Source: Camelus ferus (lineage: Eukaryota). Taken from it: 64,000 nucleotides of DNA. Positions within the stretch are counted from its first letter, which is position 1, and each line of letters begins with the position of its first letter. Under the pieces are notes generated by a model that saw only the letters and a list, made by a program, of their open reading frames with translations, made no database searches and was not told where the DNA came from. Below, in pieces: positions 1 to 12,564 of the stretch. A program made the translations under genes and the position numbers. Where the stretch lies: positions 5,830,001 through 5,894,000 of the forward strand of contig NC_045697.1 of NCBI RefSeq assembly GCF_009834535.1, in the 5' to 3' direction.

Positions 1-1167
1 TGAGGCGGGAGCTTGGTAGAGTTCTCACACTTGAGTGGAAGCCAGTTGTCCTTTATTTGGTCCAACTTGGGGAGCAGGCGTTCCCTCCTTGTGGTCTTGT
101 CTCCCAAAGGAGGAGGACTGCAGTGACTGGTGTCTGTCCCCTGGCGGGTAACTAACAGAGATGGAACTTGGGCCCAGGCCTCTGACCGTAAGTCCAGCAG
201 TCTGCACCACCCCTGAAGCAGCCCGGGAGCCCCTGGCCCTGACTGTCCCCCTGGCCCTCCAGGGGCATCCGGGCTCACGGAGCAGTTCAGTGAATTGCTC
301 CCCATCTGCTTTAGAGCAGGGGCAGGTGTAGGGACGGCAGCATATTTAGATCGGAGCACAGCAGGCGGTGTGGCCAGCTGGCCAAAGTCATTTTTTAAAA
401 TAATCTCTGCATGGGTTTGAATAAAGTGGTGCGGTAAATGGGAAGTTTATCTTTTCCCAGTGCAGGTGGGTACTTAGTTTCCTGTGGTTCCTCACTCACC
501 ATTCTTCGCACGCCATCCAGGTGTCCCTGACTATTCCTCGCGGGGTAACCATTAATCTGAGCAGTGGTGATGAGGACAGCACCTCTGTCTGGTACTCAGT
601 TGTTTACAGAACTCTTGCCGCACACCCGGCTGCTTCACTGAGTACCCGCTGCTCTAAGCACGTGATGGAGCCCTTCCCTTTTACTCATATGTGCACAGTG
701 TGAGGTAGGTCTGACCAGCTTTCGGTTTACAGACGAGGCAAGAGGTGCGGAGCAGATAAATAACTTGCCCTGAGTTACCTGGCTAGTAATGAACAGAGCT
801 GGAACTTGAACCCAGGTCTGCAGGTGCATAAATCTGGTGGTTTCTGCCATATCTGCCTGCTCATCTTCTAACTTAAAAGGCGAACCATGAGCCAGAACAA
901 AAGGTCTGGCTTTTAAGTGACAGAGGAATTCTTCACTTTGCCAGTGGAATGAAAATATCTGTTAAATGCAAAGAGGGGTGTGGGCTGGGGGTCGTTTTTG
1001 CCAATCTGTCTATTTACTGCTGTATGTTAACTATGGCGGGTTGTCACAGATGTAACATGGTAAGTAATAACAGTTTTGTTAGACTTTATCACAGGATACA
1101 TGCAGTGATGTGAATGAATGTGTCTGGAATGAGTGTTTATGTGTTTCTGGTTTTGCTTAATAACAAG

Positions 1168-1597
1168 GAACCAGTCGGGAAGAAGCCAGATCAGCAGCCA
1201 CTGGAGCATGTGGCCAGGCCACATGGGGAAAATGCCACCAGCGTTCCATCGTCCCAAGCAAATGAGAGCATGGCAGAGCCAGCTGAGGCCAAGAAGAATA
1301 AGAGAGAAAGGAAGGAGGAACGGCAGAAGAAGAGAAAAAAAGAAAAGAAAGAACTAAAACTGGAAAACCACCAGGAGAATTCAAAAAGTCAGAAGCCTAA
1401 AAAGCGCAAAGCGGGACAGGAGGCCGAGCAGGAGGCCAAAGGTGGGGATACCACCGAGGCCACCAGCCCCACGGGGAAGAAGCAGCAGAGGAAGGGGAGC
1501 AAGGCAGAGCGCGCCCGGCCCGGGGCTGTGGATGGAGCTGCGGAGGCCGGGGCGCCGCAAACCAGTCCAGGGAAGAGAAAGCGGAAGCATTCGGAAG
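1168..1597 (+). CDS. LYAR: LYAR internal coding exon (Lys/Glu-rich basic region), phase 0 to phase 1
   Basis: Translates EPVGKKPDQQPLEHVARPHGE...KKNKRERKEERQKKRKKEKKELKLENHQENS...GKRKRKHSE, matching recalled mammalian LYAR. Acceptor aacaag|GAA, donor GAAG|gtatgt. Upstream exons (zinc fingers) lie before the window. Confidence 0.93.
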
Positions 1598-1944
1598 GTA
1601 TGTGGCTCCCTGAGGCTCCAGGCTTTTGTTTGAGAACTTTTAAGCTGTGTATTTCAGTTACATAAAGTCTCTGAGACCTTGCATTTTGAACCAAGTAGGG
1701 CAAAAAGTGTAAGCTTTGGGAGCAGGCTTACCTGGGCTTCATGCGGGCAGATGAGAGCACCTCTCAACTCCCCAGTTTGCCATTTGCCCGGGGTAGGGGG
1801 AGGAGAAGTGGAGCTGGGGTGCCTGGGGAGTGAACACGGTGATGGATGGGAAGGGGCCTGGCCGGGTAAGCCTCTCATTAAGTGGAGCTGCTGTTATAAA
1901 TAGGAAATCTTTTTTTTTCTCCTTCAATTGTTTTAATTACTTAG

Positions 1945-2031
1945 TTGAAGCAGATTCAAAGAAGAAAAAGATTAAGCTCCCAGAACATTCTGAGGGTGGA
2001 GAACCGGAAAACCATGAGACTCCTGCAAAAG
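1945..2031 (+). CDS. LYAR: LYAR coding exon (87 nt, phase 1-1)
   Basis: ttag|TT GAA GCA GAT TCA AAG... = (V)EADSKKKKIKLPEHSEGGEPENHETPAK(G); donor AAAG|gtaagg; frame continuous with flanking exons. Confidence 0.93.
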
Positions 2032-2569
2032 GTAAGGCTGCCAGCGTTTGGAAGCTCTGTCCTCTTAAGGCTGCAGGAGGAGGAGGAGAGCTGGGGGGCG
2101 GGTGGTCCGGTGGAAGGATTTGAAAGCAAAATGAGTTCTCCAGGGTGTGACTCCAGAGTAAGGCATGAGAGCTGTCAGTCAGTCGTGCAGTGTCTGCCCA
2201 GCTTTAAGGAGAAAATGAAAGGCAGAGGGGGTTGGAAACATAGACAATCTTCACAGCTTAAAATAAACCCAGTAGGCTTTCTTAGCCCCTGTTCCTCTTC
2301 TGCTTCCTTTATTCCTGCCTCTCATTACTCTCCTAGAAGTACCCTGCGGTCCAGCCCGGCTGGCTTGGCTGTACCCTGTTCCATCTCTGGGTCTGTCCCT
2401 GGTGCCCCATTGCTTGGAGCTCCACGGCCACCCTGCTCCCTTCTTGTCAGCACCCAGCCCTTGGCCTTCAAGGTTCTTCTCAAATACGCCTCCTCCACAG
2501 AGCAGTTCCTGCTGCTCCACAGGCCTGAGGCACTCCCTCGGGTCCTGCCTGTTAGGACAGGCCCCAGGA

Positions 2570-4270
2570 CTCAGTTTATAATTTCAGAATGTTACATAAA
2601 TGGGCATCGTTTAGTACGCAACCTGTTGAGGTGGGCTCTTTTCACTCAGCGTTATTCATGGGAGCTTCATCCCCGCCGACATGTCGTCCACGATCCGTTC
2701 CTTTTCACTGGGAGCGGTCCTCTGTGCTGGGGGTGGGGGGGACCATGGCTTGTTTATCCACTCAGCTATTGGAGAACATCTGGGTTATTTCCAGTTCATG
2801 GTTATCATGCGTCAAGCTGCTAAAAACATTCATGTACAGGTTTGCCTGTTAACACATGTCATGTTTTCTGGAATAAATGTTCAGGAGTGCAGTGGCCATC
2901 TAGTATGGTAATTGCATGTGTAGTTTTTTAAGAAACTGCCAGCTTTTTCAAGAGTGGCTTGACCATTTTATATTCCCACCAGCAACATGTGAGGAGTCCA
3001 GTTTCCCCACACCCTGGCCTACATTTGGTGGTGGTACTGTTTTTATTTTAGCCACTCTGATAGGTAGGTAGTAACAGCTCGTCGTGCTTTTAATTTGCAT
3101 GTCCCTAATGAGGCTGAATAGCTCCTCCTGTAGTTATTTGCCATCTGTCTGCCTCTTCATTGAAAGGTCAGTTCTTGTCCTTTGCCCATTTTCTAATTGG
3201 ATTGTTTGATTTTTTTTCTTTAACTGTTGAGATTTGAGAGTTCTTTATATATTCTGAATACTAGTCCTTTGTGGGATGTGTGGTTTGCAAAGTTGTGTTT
3301 TGTTTTGTTTTTTCAGTCTGTAGCTTATCTTTTTATCCTCTAACAGGATCTTTATGTAGAACAAAAATTTTTAACTTTGATGAAGTCTCATTTATCAATT
3401 TTTCCTTTAGTACTTTTGATGTCAGGAACTCTTTGCCAGGCCTAAATCCCAGAGATTTTTTTTTTTTCTGTTTTTTTTTCCCCCTGAATTTTATAGTTAG
3501 ATTTTACACGCAAGTCCATGATCCATTTTGAGTTAATTTTTATATGACATAGGAGACTTGGTTCAAGGTTTTTTGGTTTTGTTTCTGCTTTTTTTTTTTT
3601 TGCTTATCGGTGTCCAACTGTTTTACGCTATTTGTTGAAAAAGCTTTTCCCTCAGTGAATTGCTTTTGTACCTTTGCCAAATATCAGTTGGGCATAATTG
3701 TGCAGGGCTATCCTGGATTTCAGGGGTTTGTATATCTGCCCCTCCACCAGGACCACACATTCTTGACTACAGTAGCTATAGTGGAAGTATTGTCTTATTC
3801 CTCTCAATTTAGTCTTTTTCAAAATTAGAAGTTTTACTTTTTTTATTTATTTACTTTTTATTGAAGTATAGTTGATTTACAATGTGTTAGTTTCTGGTGT
3901 ACAGCATAGTGATTCAGTTTTATATATATATATATATTTTTTTTTCCCTTTTCATATTCACCTATTACAAGATATTGAATATGTTTCCCTGTGCTATACA
4001 GTTAGGACCTTATTGTTTATCTATTTTATATACAGTAATGTGTGCTTGCAAATCCTGAACTCCCAACCCAACATTAGAAGTTTTAGAATAATCTCGCCTA
4101 TATCTATAAAAAGTCTTGCTGTGAGTTATATAGGAATTGTGTTATACCTGTATATCAATCCGGGGAGTATTGACAACTTTATTGTGTTGAGTCTTCTAAT
4201 CCACGAACATGGCATGTCTTTCTATGTAAAGCTTCTTTGATTTCTTTCATCAGCATTATGTGTCTTTAGC
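2570..4270 (-). mobile_element. Old L1 (L1M-type) antisense fragments in a LYAR intron
   Basis: Characteristic antisense L1 ORF2/3' motifs (accattttatattcccaccagcaac; gtccatgatccattttgagttaattttt; ctttgatttctttcatcagc). Boundaries approximate. Confidence 0.7.
3837..4072 (-). mobile_element. Younger 5'-truncated L1 3' end nested in the older L1
   Basis: ttgaagtatagttgatttacaatgtgttagtttctggtgtacagcatagtgattcag (artiodactyl-type L1 3' UTR, antisense); 13-bp TSD attagaagtttta at 3824-3836 and 4073-4085. Confidence 0.8.
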
Positions 4271-4687
4271 ATACGAGTCTTCATCTTCCCAGAAGCAGAA
4301 GTTCCCTAGATGAGTCTTTGAGCCTGCTGTGCAGTAATTTTTTGTCCTGTCCCCTCTCATGCAAGGCTAAGCTGCTTTTGCTCATCTCTGTCTTACTTGC
4401 TGTGCTTAGACAGCCCCGTGATCTTAGTGGGTCCTTAGTGAATCTTGAGTTCACTAGATACAACTCCCCTCCTTTCACAGGGCTTTGTAGGACGGTGGCA
4501 CTTCATTATCCTGCTCACTCTGAGACCGGGTGCTGTGAACAGCACTCAGCGCTTCTCGGGGCAGGTGCCTGCCACCAGCACAGTGGTATCCTGATCGGTC
4601 AGGGTTAGTTCACTCGCAGGGTAGCAAGCAGATGCGCTGGTAGTGCAACAAAACGCATTGCTTTACGTGTCATTCTGTATGTTGTAG

Positions 4688-4773
4688 GTAAATTCAACTG
4701 GAAGGGAACTATTAAAGCAGTTCTGAAGCAAGCCCCCGACAATGAAATGACAATCAAAAAGCTAAGGAAAAAG
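4688..4773 (+). CDS. LYAR: LYAR coding exon (86 nt, phase 1-0)
   Basis: tgtag|GT AAA TTC AAC TGG... = (G)KFNWKGTIKAVLKQAPDNEMTIKKLRKK; donor AAG|gtatgg. Confidence 0.95.
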
Positions 4774-5265
4774 GTATGGAGCAGGAACCCAGCCTATAAG
4801 CTGGGGTGGCTCAGCTCTTTGCTTTAAGATGTACAGCTTTGTTCTGCTTTTCTAAATCTAAAATACTGTAACGGAGCGTGTACGTGTCTCAGCGGCTCTC
4901 TAGCTGCTCCTGTCGGCCTCGGGCGTGTGCAGAGGGAATGGGGCCGGAGCCCGCCAGCACCTCCTCTGCCCGACCGGTGCCCAGATCAGATTGCGGATCA
5001 CTGCTCCAGATATGGTGCTGCCTTTTGATTATTCCAGAACAGTGTTTTCTTTCTCCTTTTAACTTTTTGTTGGTGTCAGACTCGTGTAGCCAAGTACTCA
5101 CACATGGGCAGCTACATGAATTGTCACAAACAGGACACACTGTGTAACCGGCCCCTGCGTCCCTCCATGTGTCACTGTTGGCCTTATTCTGGGTCAAAGA
5201 AAGGACATTTTAGGTAAATTTTCAGGACAAAGACACCCATTTGACAGTTGTTTTTCTCTGCGAAG

Positions 5266-5400
5266 GTTCTAGCCCAGTATTATGCTGTGACAGATGAACA
5301 TCACAAGTCTGAAGAGGAACTCCTGGTCATCTTCAACAAGAAAGTCAGCAAGAACCCCACCTTTAAGTTATTGAAGGACAAGATCAAGCTTTTAAAATGA
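5266..5400 (+). CDS. LYAR: LYAR last coding exon with stop codon
   Basis: tttttctctgcgaag|GTT CTA GCC... = VLAQYYAVTDEHHKSEEELLVIFNKKVSKNPTFKLLKDKIKLLK*, TGA at 5398-5400; matches the recalled LYAR C-terminus. Confidence 0.95.
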   Translation, partial: VLAQYYAVTDEHHKSEEELLVIFNKKVSKNPTFKLLKDKIKLLK

Positions 5401-5557
5401 ACATTTTTATATTGAAAAATTGGATCCACTCTGTTGATTTCTTCCTTTTACCACTGTTTGTAAACATGCAATGAATTATAACAACTCAAATTTTGCTTTC
5501 CAAAGCTGTATTTTTAAGTTAAGAAAAATATATTTTTCAGTAGACCTTATATAAAAA

Positions 5558-5563
5558 AATAAA
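5558..5563 (+). terminator. Probable LYAR polyadenylation signal (AATAAA)
   Basis: AATAAA about 160 nt after the LYAR stop, followed by T/GT-rich sequence. Confidence 0.65.
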
Positions 5564-6824
5564 ATATATTCTCATCCCAAGTTCTAAATTCGTGGCAGTG
5601 AGAATTTTGTACTTTAAAAAAGAATTTTTATTTTTTGTGGGGGAGGTAATTAGGTTTATTTTTTTAAAGCAGAAGTCCTTCCTTCTTTCCTTCCTTTTTT
5701 TTTTTTTTTTTGATGCCTTTTCTGACATTCCAGGTATTTGCACTGGCCATTTTCCATGATGCTGCTTACAAACAGGACTGGGGAGAAGATGGGCTGCGTT
5801 CTGCCCACCAAAAGATGTGTGTGTGACTGTTGCACGCTGGGGTCCTCTTTAAAGTCAGACACACGAGGCGTTTTGTGGTCTGATGAGGAAACTGAGGCTC
5901 AGAACAGTGAAAGGGAGGCCAAGCAGGAGTGACCTCGGCTGCTGCTCCTCTGATCAGCTGGACCGCCAGACCCGGGCAGGTGCAGAAGTCTAAGAATTCA
6001 AGCAGCTGATGGCAGGGGCACGTAGGTGGAGGAAGGTTAAAAACCACTCAAGTTTCCCCAGGTTAATTTTTCTTCAGGCAGGCACAAGTGCCTTGTTACC
6101 TTGGGGTGAAGTAAGACAACCCCTCTAAGAAAAGAGGCTTTCAAGGACCCTGTTCCTAGTTCTCCGTTTAAACCCACCACACAGGGTGTTTATCAGAATA
6201 AGCTATTAAAGTCAAGATGAATAGCACTGTGACAGGTCTGCAGGTTTTTATGAAGAGCCTTGAGAAGTTCTCATGTAATCCTTCTAAACATGTCATTTTT
6301 CTTTCAGTTAAACCTTGAGCTGACCAGGTCCTATTAAAACAATTTACTTTGATAATATCAAAGTAGCCTGTAATTGCCTCTCTTTTCCAAAATTAATTTC
6401 TAGGGGGAAAAAAACAGAAGCAGCCTTCGGTATAGATTTGTTTACTTTTAGATGCACTGTTGCAGTTGAATAAGGAAAGCTTTAAGAGATCAGTTGTTCT
6501 GTTCAATTCATCTGCATCAGTGAAAGCATTGATAGTGTATCTTCGTTCTTTATTCCACCATGAAAACAGAACTTTCTAGCTGTTTTTTTTGGTTTTGTGT
6601 GTGTGTGTTTTTGGTTTTGGGGGGTTTTGTTTTGTTTTTTGTCTCAATGATGAACCTGGTCTCCAGCACAAAGTAGATAATTGTATACTGTTAACTTTTA
6701 CCTGGCTACAGAGCCATGACACCGTAGCACGAAGACTGTAACTTCTTCCCTGTGGAAGGAAATCAGAGATCTGTTATTACACTCGTCTGAGATGAGAGAC
6801 GGCATTGATACTTACCAGTACTTT

Positions 6825-6922
6825 GTGGTTACTGGATCTCAGCATATATTCAGCCTTTATTTCTTCTAATTAAGTCTTCAGTGTGTAAAATAGGTCTTCC
6901 AAGCTTCTTTTTCTATTTAGTG
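6825..6922 (+). repeat. Copy A of a ~100-bp dispersed repeat (copy B at 12565-12664)
   Basis: gtggttactggatctcagcatatattcagcctttat-ttcttctaattaag...taaaataggtctt..aagct aligns with gtggttactggagctcagaatgtattcagcctttatcccttcttctgattaag...taaaataggcctt..aagct. Confidence 0.8.
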
Positions 6923-9900
6923 AGCCGGGGAGACCGTATTGTGTTTCCCTTAGTAGGTGCAGAAGTGTTACTTTATATGGATTCCTGAATTACACATGGG
7001 CGGGAGGGCAGCTGTGTAGTTAATCCTGCTCTCTCTCAGTAAGCTGGATTTTGGCAGAAGAGTTGGTACGCGGGAGAGCCTTGCCCCTTTCACCTTCAGG
7101 AGAGGAATGATTGATCGTAAGCATGTAGTGGGATTTCACATCTTGAGATTCTGCTGGGAATTTGTGCTCATTGTTTTTTGCTTTTCCTCACAAACGTATG
7201 CTTGGACCTGAACCCTCTGGTACCGTCAGGGCCTGCAATTCTGCTCTAAGCCTCTTGTTGAAACCCTTGTAAGTCACAGAGACTCATGAGATAATTCCAG
7301 AGTGCCCACCTGGGCCCGGCTCTCCCCCATCTGTAGGAACAGGGAGACAGACAAGCTGGAGGCAAGCACAGTAGATGTCCTGGGGGTGAACGGCTCCCCC
7401 GGAGGGAATGAGTCCTTCCGCCTGGGGTGGGGGTGGGGGCGTTAGGTTATTACTTGGCTCCGGTGAACGGTACTTACTACTTGCTGTAGTGGGTCATCTT
7501 TCTCTTATTCCTGCCACAACCCCTTTCACCCCGACTTCCACTCCCACCCACGTGGGAGGCAGTGGGAGGCGATAAACTTTAAACGGGGCTCCCTGCACTG
7601 GAATGAGACCTGACATCCAGTCCGACTTTATATTATTAACCAAGGACAGATTATGCAGCCTCCCTGCACCTCAGGGTTTTTATCTATCGTACTGCTTCCT
7701 AGGGTGGAGAGAGTGAAATTAAGATATTGAAAACTGGGTGTCTGGCACATAGTTAAGTATCTGAAACTATTTCAAGTGCATGAAGTTGGCCCAGACAGCA
7801 GTGTCTAACATTGATTTCTGAGGCACAGCCCCGAGAGAGGCCCCATCCTCCAGGCACAATGCTTTTTCCAGCACGCGGCTCTCCAAGTGACTGGACCTAA
7901 GGAACCACAGTGGCCAAACCAGGCAGCACGTTTTAATGAAGAAATCCACTTTAATTCTGAAGTGCTACTCTAGTTTCCAGTATCATCGCCTCGCCGTGTG
8001 ATCCTCACCGTGTGATACTGAGTATGTATCTATCTGTAACCAAGTTTCAAGATACAGATACAGTCATAAAACTGCCCGGCCTTTTTTTGAGCTAAACTTT
8101 CTATTGGAGTATATACTCATAGAGACATAAAAACCTACATGGGCAGCACAAAGAATTCCACAAAGTGCACACACTTAGGCTGTTGCTACCCAAATCAAAG
8201 AAATAGACTATTTAGCCCAAGAGTGATCATATCCTTACTTCTGGGTTGGTTTAGCCTGGTTTTAAATTTCATGTAAATGGAATCATAGAACATGTACTCT
8301 TTGGTGTCTGGCTTCTTTCACTTGAGATGCCATGGGATTCATCCATGTTGCTCTGTAACAGGAGTTCGTGCAGACTTTATTATTACAGTGTTCATCCATC
8401 CTGCTGTCGGTGAGATGTTCACTCTTCCCGGCGGGGCTGGATGCTCATGGAATTGACATCTGCATATCCCCTGGTACCTACGCTTTCTCATTTCTGCTGA
8501 GTGCATGCCTGGGAGTGGAACTACTGAGTCATCAGCTGTGTTTCAGCTTTAACAGATACAGCCAGATGGTTTTCCAGGGTGCTCTTACCAGTTTACACTG
8601 CCACCCTCAGTGTAAGAGGGGACATGAGTTTATTTTGCCCCCAAATGCACTGAAATTGAATGTCTCAAATTTCTAGCTCAGTATCTAGCTCCCCAAAATA
8701 GCAGTTTAATTCAATGCTGTCAAGTGGAATCCCTGGGGGTGACTACTATGATCAAACTGGAAAATGGTATCTCCAAGTTTTCACAGCAGATTTCAGTCTT
8801 GAATGATGTGAAAAATAAATCAGAACAGTAATTTCCCCTCAGCTTAAAGAATGACATCTTCTTAGGTATGCAACCACCGTCCTCTGAGATTTTAGATTTT
8901 TCACCTTCTGCAATTTGGGGCCGAACAGTCCTTCTAACCGTCTGCCTAGGTTACAAACAATGAGGATTTCTGAGACAGCTATAGGCACTGGTGGAAAGAG
9001 ACATTTCTTTGTTTTGAGTGCAAAGGCTAGTTTAGCTTTTTTTTTTTTTTTTTTTTTTTGTTATGCGATCCAGGGAAACTTTAATTTATTCCCTTCGATA
9101 TAAGTGATTAAACTGCCCCTTTAGTAGCTTAAATTGTAATTGCTGAGTAAATACATATGTTTGTCAGGGTTGAAAGGTCAGACATCGCTGGGAAGGTCAG
9201 GCCTTTGTCTGGCCACAGAGCAGGTATTGTGAGCTGCTGAAAGCCGACCTTTGCTGCTCTGCCTGCCTGGTGACCTCGGGCGCCTTCTGTCGGAGGCTTG
9301 TGGTAGTCTGTACCTTACATTTCCCCACCGGGGATCAAAGGTAGCTGTAAAGACCGTCCCAGTGGGTCATTTCTGCGAGCACTGCTCTTGGGATCTGGCA
9401 TCAGGTTTACATCAGGACACTGATGGTAACGTTATAGGCCGGGCCTGCTCCCACCTATTTTATCCTGAACAGAGAGGTATGTTATAGCTAAAATTGAAGC
9501 AGCAATCTCTCTTCTCGGTTTTAGGAAAAAACTAAGGTAATAGAATTTTCTCAGTTTTAAGGTGTCCCTGGATAACATTTCTTAAGCCTCCTGGCACTTG
9601 TTACCCCTCAGTTCTGGCTTAGACGCTGTGAGAGTTGGCATAAACGTTTACAGCACTTGGTTCTTTTTTGCTTAATTTATCCACATTTCATGCTGTACCC
9701 CCAAAGGGCTTGGTGCTCTACTATTTGAGGAAGTTTGAGAATACCAGGTCCAGAAGGAGAGGCAGGGGTTCCAGAGCATCATCGCGGCAGCAGGCGCTGC
9801 GTGTTGGGGCTCCAGGCCAGCTCTGCGTGGGCCCCTGACATCGCTCCTCCGGTTTCCAGCCTGATGCTGGGATTCATGAAGTCACCAGTTTTGAAAGGCT

Positions 9901-10424
9901 GGTGTTTTCTCCCCCTCGTTTTGTTTTCTTAACTTGAGGGCCCACAGGTTTCCTCCAGAGCTGGGGCCTTGCTGGTGGAGGTGATGCCCGAGGGAAGGTT
10001 ACAGAGTCCAGCCGACCCTCTGCAAGTGGGGGTTTGCCCTCTGCGACGACCTTGAAATACCTGGATTCTCCTAAGGTTGGCAGGGGCTCTTCCATGGGCT
10101 CTGTTCAATGTACATGTGTTTGCATATTTAATTTTGTGATTTCCAGGACATCCAGATGAGCAACATGTTGAGTCTCTTAGGGAATGACAGATTCTTACTG
10201 ACATAAAAGCAGTCCCCAGTTAGCATTTCTGTACTGTTGTCCGGCGTGTCCTAAGCTGTCAAGCAACAGCAAGTAGATTTTATCTGACCTGTAATAAAAG
10301 GAAGGTTCATATAGTGAGGTCTGGGGAGGTCACTCTGGCTTATACATAAGTTAACTGGAATTTTATGCTCTCTGAAACAGCCTGTGTGTGGCCTATCAAA
10401 CATACATTGTACATCTGCTTCAGT

Positions 10425-10785
10425 TATAAACAAAAAGAACACATGGACTAGAAGGAAAGAGTGTCCGAGTTAAAAATAAAGATTAAACGCCCCTCTTCCT
10501 GGGACCCCCACACTGGTCCTCCCTGATGACGAGACTCCCTTCTCAGCGCCGAGGCCACCACTGTATGTGCTGTACATGTACCTGATGGTCTGGCTTTTTT
10601 TTTTTTTAACCTTAAAGAAACATGTCCCTGATTGTTTACTGTTCTTTTTTTTCTGACAAAATATAACACTGCTGAAAACCCTGCTTCTCTGGAGCAGTTT
10701 CTCAGAGTAATCTGGTCATCAGTTTGGCTCAGATAAAACTCTTTTTCTATTCTTTTTGAATGACTGTTGATTACCTTCATTGACA
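10425..10785 (+). mobile_element. Probable ERV1-type solo LTR
   Basis: LTR-like composition ending ...ttgattaccttcattgaCA, with ctgcttctctggagcagtttctcagag and cagataaaactc motifs; TSD not clear. Confidence 0.45.
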
Positions 10786-11222
10786 CCAATTCACTCCAGT
10801 CAATTGGGGGTGGTTTTCCGGTGTGGTTCAGGACTTTGAGGTCTTCTCCTGCTCTTAGGACGAGGAGGATGCTGTTTCCTGTTAGCAGGCCTGGGTAGGA
10901 AAGGCACAACCAGGTCACCCACCGCATGTTGCCTTCCAGGTTGCTAACCGGATGAGGGAGTCCTGCACCAGGGAGCCAGCACTCGGCAAGAATGAGCCCC
11001 AGGCACTCGGACTTTCCCACAGTTTCTGTCCTGAGATGCTCTGCGTCATTAGCACAGCAGCTCAGAGCTTAGGCTCGGGAGCCAAACTTCCAAGGGTTCA
11101 AGTTCTCTCTCCACCTCCCTAGCTGTGGACCTGAGAGATGATGGGCCCTTACGTGCTGGGAAACTAGGTATTTACTCAGCAGTGGGGCAATTAAACTACT
11201 GAACGGGTCGTTCCATCACTTA

Positions 11223-11671
11223 CAGGCAAACCTCATTTTATTACAATCCACAGATACTGCAGTTTTTACAAACTGAAGCTTTGTGGCAACTCTGTACCAA
11301 ACAAGTCTACTGGTGCCATTCTTCCAACAGCATTTACTCACTTTCTGTCTCTGTCACATTTTGGTCATTCTCTCCAGATTTCAAACTTTTCCATTATTAT
11401 TATATCTGTTACAGTGATCTGTGATCAGGGTTCTCTGATGTTACTATTGTCATTTTTTCTGTCTTGCATTTTAAATTCAATAAACGTATATACATTGGCT
11501 TTTTTAAGACATAATGCTGTTGCACCCTTAATTTAATAGCCTTCAGTATAGTGTAAAGATAACCTTTATATACGCCAGAAACCAAAAAATTCATGTGACT
11601 GGCTTCACTGAGATACTCGCTTTACTGAAGTGGTCTGGAACCAAACCTGCAGCATCTCCAAGGTCTGCTTA
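11223..11671 (+). mobile_element. Internally deleted Tigger1-derived (TcMar) DNA transposon
   Basis: TA|caggcaaacctc...ttttacaaactgaagctttgtggcaac... and ...gtggtctggaaccaaacctgcagcatctccaaggtctgctta|TA match the recalled Tigger1 termini; TA TSDs; no transposase ORF. Confidence 0.85.
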
Positions 11672-12049
11672 TATATCAAGGAAATAAAGCTTCCTCAGAT
11701 CTCATAATGAAAGAGCTTTGTGCCTCAATTTCCTCATGTATAAAATGGGAATCCTGCCTCATCTGGTTGCTGCTACGAGGATTAAACGGTTGCTATGGGT
11801 GCAGTGCTTGGTCAGAGAGGGCCACTGTCTTCACCATCCTCAATCCTCCTCTCCTTCTACAGCCAGACACGTGGCCACCAGCCTCACCCCTTCAAGGCTG
11901 TGTTGCTATGACCTGCTGCTCCTTTGGGATTGACCACGTGCCACTCTTGGACTGCCTTTCCCTACTGCCAGGATACCACTTACTTCCCCAATAACAATAA
12001 CAACTTAACCATGACAATAATAATTGTTCCCTTTTATGGAGTACTTCCT

Positions 12050-12215
12050 ATATGTCAGGCACAGTGCTAAGCCCTCTCTCTCCATCTATATCATTAAATC
12101 CTCCAACAGCTCGAGGAGGGTGATATTATCGTACCCATTTCATGCATGACAAGGGCAGAGAGCTTAAATGACTTGCCCCGGGTCACACAGTAAGAATCAA
12201 CATTGGAACTCAGGT
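12050..12215 (-). mobile_element. MIR SINE fragment
   Basis: caggcacagtgctaag...tcattaaatcctccaac...cccatttca...ttaaatgacttgccccgggtcacacag core motif. Confidence 0.65.
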
Positions 12216-12326
12216 CTCTCCTTGATAACTTGGATTTTCTTTCCTTTGGTCAGGATCCCCATCCTTGTCTGCATCTGCCTTTTCTTAGCACTGATGATTT
12301 AGATCACTATTATAAAAATATTCCAA

Positions 12327-12446
12327 GGGGAGGGTATTGCTCAGTGGTAGAGCGCATGCTCAGCATGTACAGGGTCCTGGGTTCAGTCCCCAGTACCTCC
12401 ACTGAATAAATAAATAAAACTAATCACCCCCACAAAAATTAAAAAC
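12327..12446 (+). mobile_element. tRNA(Ala)-derived SINE, camelid Vic-1-like
   Basis: ggggagggtattgctcagtggtagagcgcatgctcagcatgtacagggtcctgggttcagtccccagtacctcca followed by an (aata)n/A-rich tail; A and B boxes; near-perfect 12-bp TSD aaa(a/g)atattcca at 12314-12325 and 12447-12458. Confidence 0.88.
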
Positions 12447-12564
12447 AAAGATATTCCAGGTAGAGCTTTAAAAAAATGTCCAGGCCAAGGACTTTCAAGT
12501 GGTTTTCATAATGGGTCATGGGATCAGAAAGCCCTTTTCATGGTTTTATCCAGTTTATGGTGTC

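Noticed and set aside
1..1167. Further upstream LYAR coding exons
   Set aside because: No LYAR zinc-finger or preceding-exon peptide was found; the region looks intronic with a MIR fragment near 700-830.
1945..2823. 292-aa ORF on the + strand
   Set aside because: Starts at TTG, is out of frame with the real LYAR exon, and runs through intron and L1 sequence; no recognisable protein.
12327..12402. tRNA-Ala-like sequence (also at 20962 and 49980-50058) as a tRNA gene
   Set aside because: Has A-rich tails and target-site duplications and imperfect stems; these are tRNA-derived SINEs.
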